64,000 nt of DNA from Neovahlkampfia damariscottae (Eukaryota): positions 1-64,000 of the forward strand of contig JABLTG010000032.1 in NCBI GenBank assembly GCA_016618085.1, read 5' to 3'. The stretch's first letter is position 1, and each line of letters starts with the position of its first letter. Positions 24,701 through 34,868 of the stretch are shown in pieces. The notes beneath the pieces are model-generated. The model was not told the origin of the DNA. It was given only the letters and a program-made list of their open reading frames with translations, and did no database searches. Position numbers and translations under genes: made by a program.

Positions 24701-24789
24701 CTTCTTGTTTTTTTTCTGTCTGTTGATGACCTGGGTGAAGTAAATTTTTCACCTGCTTCTACTTTTGATTTTGGAAAAAAAAAGTTCAT
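21779..24789 (-). CDS. Class I-like phosphatidylinositol 3-kinase, 3 exons
   Basis: C2 and helical PIK domains, MKSKKRP, FKTGDDLRQD, GIGDRHND, HIDFGHFLG, RENTPFVFT. Confidence 0.93.
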
Positions 24790-25533
24790 TTTGTTGTGCT
24801 GTTTGTTATTTTGTTTTTGAAGGTTGAGGTGGATTGGAAAGTTGACCAATAGAAATACTTCGTTGATTCTTAAAATGCAATTGAAACCAGTTTATGATGC
24901 TGAATTTACAGAGAAATCAATTGATAACTCCAAAGTGCAACACTTTTCATGAGTAATAGCGATAAAAATCAACAGAAAATGAATTCAATCGTTTGAATAG
25001 GTTGATTCTTCATTTTTGATCACTTCAACGGATAGCTAAAAATTGTTGCCTTCATTTGGAGTTTGGTTGTTTTGTTGACCATTTTTGAACAACAAAATGA
25101 GAAGGCAAAAGATGATTAAATAGTGATTTTTAATCAGTTTTGGAAGTAAATCATTGAATTTTCAATTGTAATACGTTTTAATCCTAAAACTTTTGAGTCA
25201 CTTTCATTTGGTGTGGATTTCCAGATTTTTAGAAGTTAGTCTACCAAAAAACAAATTACAATCTGCATTGAAAATAAAGGGCAGTGGAGAAAGATTAAAT
25301 GTTTTTTTGACAACTCTCTACTTTGATCTATCAGGACTGATGCGGTTGAATCTGGTGAGGAAAATTACTTGGTAGAAACTTGATTACTGTTTTTGAAACA
25401 GGACTGGTATTGGTATTTAAGGCTACCATTTTGGGTCTACGTTTCCGAATTTGGTCTTCCACAGGACTTCCAAATCTGAAAAAGGGACAATTGATTGGTC
25501 TAATTTATTTTTTTTGTCAAACGTCTGTACCTC

Positions 25534-28500
25534 ATGAGCAAACAACGAACTGAAGGCAGTAAACAAAAACGCAGCAACTCCTTGACAAATGCTTTTACAA
25601 ATAGTAGTTTCTGGGACGCTGTCACCAGAAAACACTCCCAAAACGTTGAATATATCCCAAAAAAAAGAAAACTTCAAAGAATTGCATCAAAAAAACAGTC
25701 ACAAAAAAACTTAATGTCTTTAAAAAAAAACATTGTTGAGTTTCAAGATAGAACTCAAGAACTACTGGAACAACACAAAAGTTGCTATAAACTATTTCAA
25801 AATTTATCAAAAAAAATAGTATCTTCAGAAAAAGGATACCTTCAACAAATGATGGGAGATGGCTCAAAATATAACACTTTTCAAACTTTAGATTTGTATT
25901 TGGAAAAGTTACTCATTGAGAAATACCTTGCTTTCAAAACAGATCCACTTTGGAAAGAAATTCAAAAAAAAGATACTTCAAAGAAAGGACTTGGAAAAAG
26001 AGAATCAAAAATACCTTTTTATAACTTAGAAATACCTGAAAAAGAGTTCAATGGTTTCAAAAAATACTTGGAAAATGCTGGACTTACTTTTGAAGTTGAA
26101 TTGGCTTTAGAGATTTCACAGTACAACCAGATGTTAAAACCAATAATATCAAAAGACCAGGCTTTGTTAAAGAGTTTACTCCATGTACAAGTCACTTGCT
26201 CTGGATTTGAAGGTGTTTTTGATGAGTTTGAATTTTTAAAGAATCCAAAGGTTGTTTTTGACAAACTATCAATTATTGATGAAATTGTAGAGGAAATTAT
26301 GGAGAATTTGGAAATTATTGATTCGGAAGGAAAGGAAGATTTTATGAATTTTGGTACTTCCATGACAACGACAGATATGACAGATAACAACTCAAATTCA
26401 GACCAACGCACTTTTGGTTCCATTTCAGTTGAATTAGAAAAAATGATCACAGAAGAGTTAAAATTTATTAGAACTGATGAAAAAAAGAAAATAAGTCCGA
26501 CCACAAATATAAGCTCAGATGATTTGCTCAATGAAAAGGATGACGTTGCTGTCATGTTTAGTCTTGTAAAAAAAGGAAAATTAGAAGAATTTAAAGAAAA
26601 AATTAAATCAGTAGAAGGATGGGAAACACTTAAAGACAAAAAAAAAAGAAGTTTCTTGCATTATGCTTCAATTGTCGGTGGTGACATTTTACAATTCCTT
26701 TTAGACTCAGAATTGAATGTTCAAGCTCAAGATAAGGACTTTAGAACACCATTGTTCTTTGCTTGTATGAGCGAAAAAAGAGAAAATGTAATGTTTCTGT
26801 TAGGAAATCAAGCAAAAGTTAATGTTAAGGATTCCTATGGAATTTCACCTTTGCAAGTTTGTCTTGAAAAACATTGTTTTGAACTTGCTGAAGATCTTTT
26901 ACTATTTAATGCAGATATCAATTTCAAAAGAGAAAACGGGTCAACTTATTTACATGAATCGATCATCAAACAAGATTTTGAATCATTCGAATGGTTACTA
27001 TCAAAAGATCCAAAATTAAATATCAAAGATTCATCTGAAGCATCTCCATTGGTTAGATCTATTGCTGGTAATGATCCTGAATTCTTTTCAAAACTACTTG
27101 AAATCAAAGCTGTTAAATTTGATGATGTAGATTTCAAAGGAAAAAACATCATTCATATCATCTGTATCCGTCAGAGAATTGAACATTTAAAGGTTTTTGC
27201 AAAAATGGATGATAAAAATTTGCATCGCTTTTCAAAAATTTTCAAAGAAAAACTCAAAGGAAATACATGCTTACACATCGCAGTGGAACAAAGAAATTTC
27301 AAATTTGTCAAAATTTTAGTGATGATTTTAAAGAGACTACACATTGAAATGGATTCTTTGAATGATGTTAAAGAAACACCATTGATGACAGCGAATAGAA
27401 TATCTTCAGAATATATTGAGAATTATCTTCAAAATACAAAACAAGAGACAAAACAAATGAATCAAGTAATCAAAATTGGTCAATTACTTCAAGAAGTCAG
27501 CTCTCGAAACGAACTATCAACTGTTCTTGTCGATGACAACTCAAAGGTTTCGAACCTTTTCAACAACCTCACTATCAATTCAGGTCAAACTATTGCAGAA
27601 CTTTCAAAGAAACATCGTGTGATCATTTTTACAATCAAATGGTTTGGATGTCCTCTTTGTCAAGAATTGATTGATTTAATAGGAAAATCTCTTTTTACAA
27701 TGTTAAAAATGAATACCATTCCAGTAATTGGTCATCAACAAAATCATGAATCTGCTGTCAAATATTTTCAAAGTAATAAAGATCCAATCAGCAAAACACT
27801 TCCATTTTGTCGTATTGGAAAAGAAGAAAGGGAAATTTTAGGATTAACAAATTCACCACTTTCTGAACACATGAAAACAATGAAGAAGAATTTAAGTGCT
27901 GTAATTTATGACAATAGATTCTTTAGTGCACCAACTGATGTCGTTTCACCATTGACAGCATTTGGTGTTTTTTCAATTGAAAATAATAAAATCACAAAAA
28001 AATTGATTTACAAAGACTTCACCAAAAAATTAAATTTTGGTAAAATCCTCCAAGAAGGAATGACTGAATATCAATACCAAGATGATGAAGAAGACGAAGA
28101 TGATAAAAAAGAAGAAAAAAAATTCAACCAAATTTTTGAATTATTCAAAGATTTGGACATCCAAAAATTGAAAGAAGAAACAGCAAAAAAACAAGAAACA
28201 TCAATCTTCAAAAAAGATAAAGAAGATATTGAATTTGAAAAATTAGAAAAAGAAATGAATGAAGTTCTTTATGATGATGCAAAAAGATACTATTTTAGAG
28301 TTTTTACAACAAATGAATTTGTATCAGAAACATTAATGTTCTATGAAGAAGTTCTGATTTATAAATCAATTCCTTCAGAACAATTCAAAAAGAGAAAAAA
28401 AATCTTTGAAAAAATTTATCATAATTTCATTTCAGATGCCGGTATCTCTCAAATTATCATTTCCAATAAAAATGTCACACCAATCTCAACAATATTACTT

Positions 28501-28656
28501 GAAGGAAAAAAAGATTCATTTAAAGACGAAGTTTTTGATGATGTAATTGTTGAACTGAAAAAGAATTTGATGGTTGATTTATTTTCAAGATATAAAGAAA
28601 GTTCACTTTACGAAGAATCTAAATCTAAAAATACAACTGTCACTTATTTCATGTAA
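25534..28656 (+). CDS. Ankyrin-repeat / thioredoxin-like (CxxC) / RGS multidomain protein
   Basis: Ankyrin repeats (RTPLFFAC, GISPLQ, GNTCLHIAV), WFGCPLCQE, C-terminal RGS-like FTTNEFVSETLMFYEEV. Confidence 0.8.
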   Translation: MSKQRTEGSKQKRSNSLTNAFTNSSFWDAVTRKHSQNVEYIPKKRKLQRIASKKQSQKNLMSLKKNIVEFQDRTQELLEQHKSCYKLFQNLSKKIVSSEKGYLQQMMGDGSKYNTFQTLDLYLEKLLIEKYLAFKTDPLWKEIQKKDTSKKGLGKRESKIPFYNLEIPEKEFNGFKKYLENAGLTFEVELALEISQYNQMLKPIISKDQALLKSLLHVQVTCSGFEGVFDEFEFLKNPKVVFDKLSIIDEIVEEIMENLEIIDSEGKEDFMNFGTSMTTTDMTDNNSNSDQRTFGSISVELEKMITEELKFIRTDEKKKISPTTNISSDDLLNEKDDVAVMFSLVKKGKLEEFKEKIKSVEGWETLKDKKKRSFLHYASIVGGDILQFLLDSELNVQAQDKDFRTPLFFACMSEKRENVMFLLGNQAKVNVKDSYGISPLQVCLEKHCFELAEDLLLFNADINFKRENGSTYLHESIIKQDFESFEWLLSKDPKLNIKDSSEASPLVRSIAGNDPEFFSKLLEIKAVKFDDVDFKGKNIIHIICIRQRIEHLKVFAKMDDKNLHRFSKIFKEKLKGNTCLHIAVEQRNFKFVKILVMILKRLHIEMDSLNDVKETPLMTANRISSEYIENYLQNTKQETKQMNQVIKIGQLLQEVSSRNELSTVLVDDNSKVSNLFNNLTINSGQTIAELSKKHRVIIFTIKWFGCPLCQELIDLIGKSLFTMLKMNTIPVIGHQQNHESAVKYFQSNKDPISKTLPFCRIGKEEREILGLTNSPLSEHMKTMKKNLSAVIYDNRFFSAPTDVVSPLTAFGVFSIENNKITKKLIYKDFTKKLNFGKILQEGMTEYQYQDDEEDEDDKKEEKKFNQIFELFKDLDIQKLKEETAKKQETSIFKKDKEDIEFEKLEKEMNEVLYDDAKRYYFRVFTTNEFVSETLMFYEEVLIYKSIPSEQFKKRKKIFEKIYHNFISDAGISQIIISNKNVTPISTILLEGKKDSFKDEVFDDVIVELKKNLMVDLFSRYKESSLYEESKSKNTTVTYFM

Positions 28657-28812
28657 AATAAAGTTAATTTAAATTATAAAAAATCTACCTTTTTTAGACA
28701 ATTTTAATCATAAGAATAATAACCAGACTTTTATCACTATCTTCAAATATAAATGGACAGTTGAAAATTCAATTCTTCAGAAAGTTTTATTGAAATGAAA
28801 TTTCTATCTTGA

Positions 28813-30055
28813 TTAAGTTTTTTCTTTTTTGACATCAGAACCAACGATTTCTTGAATATTTTGAATTCCATCTCTATTTAACAGTTCAATCAGTTCCTTT
28901 TTGATTTCTGGGACGATCTTAGGTCCTTCATAAATCAATCCCGTATAAATTTGAACCAAAGAGGCACCTGATTTCATCTTCTCATAAACATCCTTTCCTG
29001 AAAAAACTCCTCCGACTCCTATTAATATTATCTTTCCATTTGTCAATGAATACATTTTTCTTAATTGATTGGTGCTCATTTTGAAAAGAGGTTTCCCAGA
29101 TAAACCTCCAACTTCATTTTGTTTATCTCCAATTCCTTCGTGGTTAATGGTTGTATTGCTGATAATTGCCCCTGTTACTTTGTGATTCAATAAAATTTCG
29201 GAAATTTCTTTCAATTGATCATCCTTCATATCAGGAGCAATTTTGACAAATATAGGTATATTTTTTATATTCTCTTTCTTTATTTCATTCAATAAATTCG
29301 TCAAATTATCAAAATTTTGTAATTTTCTCAAGTTTGGAGTATTCGGAGAACTATTACATTTTCAACAATTTGAAATATTTTACCTAATATTTATGGTTAT
29401 GTAATTTGAATAATGTCCCAATTCTTTAATGCCCCTCAAGTAATCACTTGCATCTCCTTCTGGAGATGATTTATTTTTACCTAAATTGATTCCCAAAATA
29501 AATTGATCATTTGGATCATTCTTTTTTTTCTCCAAACGTTGTTTAACCTTATCAATACCATCACTATTAAATCCACATCGATTTATTATCGCTTTTGACT
29601 CGTTATATTTGAATATTCTAGGTTTAGGATTCCCTGATTGTGCTTTTGGACAAATTGATCCTATTTCAATAAAACTAAAACCTAACAGATTAAAATGAGC
29701 ACATAAATACCTAAATACTTTAAATTTTGATACAAAATTGCATTTTTATCAAATCCTGCAGCTAAACCAATCGGATTTTTGAAGTGTAAATTTTCCTTTT
29801 CAAAAGAGATTTTCAATCTTTCATCTTCAAAATTATTTTTTGGCAATAAATTTAATTTCGAAGCTATTTCAATAAATTTATGTGAAATCTCAGGTTCAAT
29901 CCTGTTAAAAATTAATATTGAATATTGATGAAAAGTTGAATAAGGATTTTTCAGTTGGAAATAACCACCAAAGGATAATGAGCCAACAATTCCAATTGTT
30001 AATAAACCTTTGGAGAACTTTTAATTGATAAGAGGACTTATGGTAATACCTTCAT
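28813..30055 (-). CDS. DHODH: Dihydroorotate dehydrogenase (class 2, quinone), 4 exons
   Basis: NPIGLAAGFDKN, GNPKPRIF, INRCGFNS, GINLGKNK, NISSPNTPNLR, VKIAPD, GGLSG. Confidence 0.95.
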
Positions 30056-30150
30056 TTTTTTAAACAATACTATTGGTTAAAAAAATCCTTGTATTTTTAT
30101 TTGTTGACTTTTGGGTATTAATAATGAAAACTTGAAAACAACTACTGCCA

Positions 30151-31551
30151 ATGTCAAACATTACACAAGAGTTAATTTCAGTTGGATGCGTTCAATATGG
30201 TGAATTTACTTTAAAATCTGGAGAAAAATCAAACATTTATGTTGATTTAAGAATTGTTCCTTCATTTCCAAGTTTATTCAAAACTATTTCGAATCAATTA
30301 ACTTCATTAATCAATTTACAGAATATTCAATTTGATTTTATTTGTGGTATCCCTTTTGGAGGTTTATCTTATGCGACAGCTATTGCAATGAACTTAAATA
30401 AACCAACACTCCTTGTCAGAAAAGAAATCAAAAGTCATGGAACAAAAAAGCAAATTGAAGGTGTTTATAAAAAAGGTCAAAATGTTATTCTAATTGAAGA
30501 TGTCATCACAAGCGGAAAAAGCATTTTGGAAGTTGCAGAAATTTTGAAAAATGAAGGATTGAATGTGATTCATGCATTTGTGATTTTAAACAGGGAAGGA
30601 GGTGGAGAAGAGAATTTAAAAGAAATTAAATTGAATTCTTTGATAAAATTAAAAGATTTAGAGTTGAAAAAAGAAAGAAATGAAAAGAGTTATTTGGAAA
30701 GATCAAAAATGACCAAAAGTTCAATTGCAAAAAAAATTTTTGAAATTATGGAGGAAAAGAAATCAAATTTAGCTCTTTCAATAGATGTCACAAAACAAAA
30801 AGAATTATTAGATATTGTGGAACAATGTGGAAGTGAAATTTGTTTATTAAAGACACACATTGATATTTTGGAAGATTTTGATGAAAATTTCATTGAAAAA
30901 TTAATTACTCTATCCAAGAAATATAATTTTTTGATCCTTGAAGGTTTGAATTTTTTATCCATTTTAATCCATAAAAGACAGAAAATTTGCGGATATCGGA
31001 AATGTTGTTAAACAACAATACAAAGATGGAATTTACCATATATGTTCATGGTCTGATTTAGTAACAGTTCATGTGATTTCAGGTCCAGGTAAATAAATAG
31101 ATTTACTAATTTAAATACAGGAGTTATTGATGGATTAAAGGAATGTTTTAATAATCAACCAAAGGGATTATTGTTGATTGCAAGTATGAGCTCAAGTGGT
31201 AATCTTTATGACAACTCAATGACATCATCGATTTTAAATATGGCAAAAGAAAATAGTGAATCTGTTGCTGGATTCATTTGTCAAAATAGAGTTGATCAAG
31301 ATGATGGATTTCTCTACGTAAGAAAAAAAAAATTAATTTGATCAAAGTGTACTCCAGGGGTTTCATTATCATCCAAATCTGATTCATTAGGTCAAAATTA
31401 CAATTCTGTTGAACATGTTATTTTGAATAAAGGAACAGATTTGATTATTGTTGGAAGAGGTATTTACCAATCAAAAAATATCAAAGAAACAGCAAAAGAG
31501 TATCGTGAAAGAGGATGGATATCATACTTGACAAGGTTAAATAAAGTATAA
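30151..31551 (+). CDS. UMPS: UMP synthase (OPRTase-OMP decarboxylase fusion), 4 exons
   Basis: [42 protein letters not shown]. Confidence 0.95.
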
Positions 31552-31778
31552 TTTCTTTTTATTCACAATGACCAAGTCATCTTTTTATTTCTTCGTTCCG
31601 CTTATTTGGCCAATGAAAAAAAAAAAAAAATCGTTACATTTGTTTTTTTGAATTTTCTTCAAATTATTTTCAAATTGATCACTTTTTCAATATTTCAATG
31701 GATTTTAATATATTGAAAAATTGATTGGTCTATTTTTTTCAACAGTCCCAAAACAAAAACTAACAGGAGCTGACTGAA

Positions 31779-34700
31779 ATGAAAAGTAATAATGGTGAAC
31801 AGTCTCGAAAGAATAAAAGGAATTCCTTCAAACTGACCATAAAAAAAACAAAAAAAGAAGAAGAAGAAATTCCAAAAAAAAAAGAAAAACCAAAAGTGTA
31901 CAAAGATGAAATAGACATTATAAGAGCTCAAATGTCTGATTATCAAATACCCTCATCATATGATTCACTTGAAAAGGCTTCATTTGAAGATGTACAACAT
32001 GTAGATTCACCTACTGAAACAACACCTGTAAAATCAAATTTAAAACCAAATCAAGTTCAAGACGTTAAAACTTCTTCTTTTAGAGAAGATAAAGTTGTTT
32101 ATAAAGATGAACTTACTTTCATTAAAGAGCAGTTTTCAGTTGACTCTCCGCAACGTTCAAAGTCCATGGATATTTCTGAAGCAAGTATAACACCTGTAAA
32201 GTCACCACCACCTAAAAAAACAAGAACTAATTCCATAATTCAATTTGTAAATTTTGGTTCAAAACTTGAAACGACAACTGTTGAAGATACCAATGTTATA
32301 AAAAAAACCCATTCAGCAAGAGAAGAACTTAAAATATATAAAGATGAATCTGCTTTTATTAAAGAACAATACTCACCTCAACAAATTCAAAAAGTAGAGA
32401 ATTCTGGTTCCAGTGCAGATTTCAACATTGAAACATCCAAAACAGAGGAAACTATAACTATTACAGCTTCACAGATTAAAAGGTCTCCAAGAGAAGAAAC
32501 TTTAAGTAAATCACCTCGAGATCCTAGTCAAAGAGGTAGTTTATCAACAACACCTACAAAAAAAAAGAGTAGTTTAGGAACATCTTTTATGGGTTTATTT
32601 GGAACAAAAAAAAGATACTCAGCAGTTGATAAATTAAAACCTGATGAAGAACCACAACCTAAAAAAAAAGAACAAATCATTTTTAAAGATGAAATGGATT
32701 TTATAAGAGAACAACTCAAAGCAGAACAACAAGACCGAGAATTAGTCAGAAAAGCTATTGAAGAAGAAAAAAAAAGAAAAGAATTAGAGTTGGAAATAAA
32801 AGAAAAAGAAGCAAGATTACAACAGATTCTCAAAGCAGAAGGAATTGACCATGAAAAAAAAAGAATGGAAAAACTAAAGAAATTAGGTGGGTTTTCTGAT
32901 GCTGATATTGTTCAATCAACAAGTAAAAACAAACAGAAGAATGAAGCTCATGAAGAATTACATAGATTACAAGCTGTAAAAATAAAACTTGAAAAAGAAA
33001 AAGAAGCACTGGCTAAAAAGATTCAAAGAGGAACAGTTCAACTACAAGAGTTTAAGTTATACGAAGAAACTCCTTCAGAAATGTTTGGTCCAAGATCAGA
33101 TGATGAAAGTGAAATTGTCAACGTTGAAGTAGCAAAGAAGAATTTGATAGATGATTCCAAGGATACTCATTCAGATGATTTAATATCTTCAACAACAACT
33201 TTCAAAGATGATGACGAGATTAGAAAATTAGCTGAAGAAAATCGTCTTTTGGAAGAAGAAAATCGTTTACTTGAAGAAGAAGAAAAAAGGATTGAAGAAG
33301 AGAGAATTCGATTGGAAGAAAAAAAAAGAAAAATCAAGGAAAGACTGGAACAACAAAAAAGAGAAAAAGAAAGACTTCGTTTGGAAGAAGAAAAACTTTT
33401 GGAAGCTGAAAGATTACTTTTAGAAGAAGAAGAAAGAATAGAACAAGAAAAAAGAAATGAAGAAATTGAAAAGAATCGTCTCAAAAATGAAAGAATAGCT
33501 GAAGAGAAACTAGAAGCTGAAAGAATAGCTGAAGAGCAACTAGAAACTGAAAGAATTGCTGAAGAAAAGAGAAAAGAAGAAGAAGAAACATTACGTCTTG
33601 AAACTGAAAAATTGGCTGAACAAAATGAAGAAGAAGAATTAAAAAGAAAAGAGGAAGAAAGAATAGCTGAAGAGGAAAGAGTTCGTCTTGAAGAACAAGA
33701 AAAAGAACTTGAAAAGATACGTCTTGAAGAAGAAGAAAAATCACACTTAGAAGAAGAAAGAATTCGTTTAGAAAATGAAAGAATAGCTGAAGAGGAAAGA
33801 GTTCATGCTGAAGAAGAAGATAGAATTCGTTTAGAAAATGAAAAGTTGGAAGAAGAACAAAAAGAAAAAGAAAGATTAGAAGAAGAAAAACTCAACCTTG
33901 AAAAAGAACAGGAAAGAATTCATATTGAACAAGAAAAAGAAAATGAAAGAATTCGTTTGAATGCTGAAAAGGAACAAGAAAAATTAGCTGAAGAAAAAAA
34001 AGAAACTGACAAATTAGAAGCTAAAAAACAAGAAGAGAAAAGAAAAGAAGAAATAGAAAAGGATCGTCTGGAAGCTGAAAGATTAACTGAAGAAAAACTA
34101 AAGGAGGAAAGATTAACTGAAGAAAAAAAAGAAACTGAAAAAATTGCTGAAGAAGAAGAAGAAACATTACGTCTTGAAACTGAAAAATTATCAAAACAAG
34201 ATGAAGAAGAATTAACAAATCAATCTGAACCACCTGAAGAACAAGAAAAGGAAAAAGAACCTTTAAATGAAGAAACAATACCTCATCAGATAGAAAAACC
34301 ATCTTCATTAGATCTTTCAATTCCAATTGATTCAGAAGTATCTTCAGAACCTTCTATTTCAGATTTTCTTGGTTCACCAAAATACACAGAAGTCATTTCA
34401 CCAAAAAACACTCAAACTTCACCACAACTCCATTCAACAAACAATCAAGTTGATACAATTGAATTTTCATTGAGTAAATCTGATAGAGTTTCTTTCACAC
34501 CAAAATCAGATCCAAAAACAAATCCAAATTGGAAAAAATTAGATTTTGGAAAACCAAAAGAAGTCAGTCCAGAAAAACCAAAATTCAATAATAAATTATC
34601 TCCAGATGGAAACAAAGAAGATGGAAAACCTGAATGGATGTTAAAGAAATTAAGAAAGTCACCATCAACTTTAACAAGAGAAAAAGAAAAGGAAAAAGAA

Positions 34701-34856
34701 GAAGACAATAGACCAGAATGGTTGAAAAAGAAATTAGGCTCAAATACAAACTTAAAAATTTCACCAAGAAAAATTTCACCAAAAGAACAAGAAGATACAA
34801 AACCAGAATGGATGAAAATTAGATTGGCAGCGACAACACCAAAAAAACCAGAATGA
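31779..34856 (+). CDS. E/K-rich coiled-coil protein with repeated short motifs
   Basis: 1025-aa ORF; central charged helix, 4x (Y/F)KDE motif, 3x PEW motif. Confidence 0.75.
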   Translation: MKSNNGEQSRKNKRNSFKLTIKKTKKEEEEIPKKKEKPKVYKDEIDIIRAQMSDYQIPSSYDSLEKASFEDVQHVDSPTETTPVKSNLKPNQVQDVKTSSFREDKVVYKDELTFIKEQFSVDSPQRSKSMDISEASITPVKSPPPKKTRTNSIIQFVNFGSKLETTTVEDTNVIKKTHSAREELKIYKDESAFIKEQYSPQQIQKVENSGSSADFNIETSKTEETITITASQIKRSPREETLSKSPRDPSQRGSLSTTPTKKKSSLGTSFMGLFGTKKRYSAVDKLKPDEEPQPKKKEQIIFKDEMDFIREQLKAEQQDRELVRKAIEEEKKRKELELEIKEKEARLQQILKAEGIDHEKKRMEKLKKLGGFSDADIVQSTSKNKQKNEAHEELHRLQAVKIKLEKEKEALAKKIQRGTVQLQEFKLYEETPSEMFGPRSDDESEIVNVEVAKKNLIDDSKDTHSDDLISSTTTFKDDDEIRKLAEENRLLEEENRLLEEEEKRIEEERIRLEEKKRKIKERLEQQKREKERLRLEEEKLLEAERLLLEEEERIEQEKRNEEIEKNRLKNERIAEEKLEAERIAEEQLETERIAEEKRKEEEETLRLETEKLAEQNEEEELKRKEEERIAEEERVRLEEQEKELEKIRLEEEEKSHLEEERIRLENERIAEEERVHAEEEDRIRLENEKLEEEQKEKERLEEEKLNLEKEQERIHIEQEKENERIRLNAEKEQEKLAEEKKETDKLEAKKQEEKRKEEIEKDRLEAERLTEEKLKEERLTEEKKETEKIAEEEEETLRLETEKLSKQDEEELTNQSEPPEEQEKEKEPLNEETIPHQIEKPSSLDLSIPIDSEVSSEPSISDFLGSPKYTEVISPKNTQTSPQLHSTNNQVDTIEFSLSKSDRVSFTPKSDPKTNPNWKKLDFGKPKEVSPEKPKFNNKLSPDGNKEDGKPEWMLKKLRKSPSTLTREKEKEKEEDNRPEWLKKKLGSNTNLKISPRKISPKEQEDTKPEWMKIRLAATTPKKPE

Positions 34857-34868
34857 TCGATCTTTATT

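Noticed and set aside
25180..25480. GC-richer intergenic stretch with three CAGGACT copies; considered RNase P/MRP or U3 RNA
   Set aside because: I could not find complementary P4 strands or U3 boxes on a single strand.
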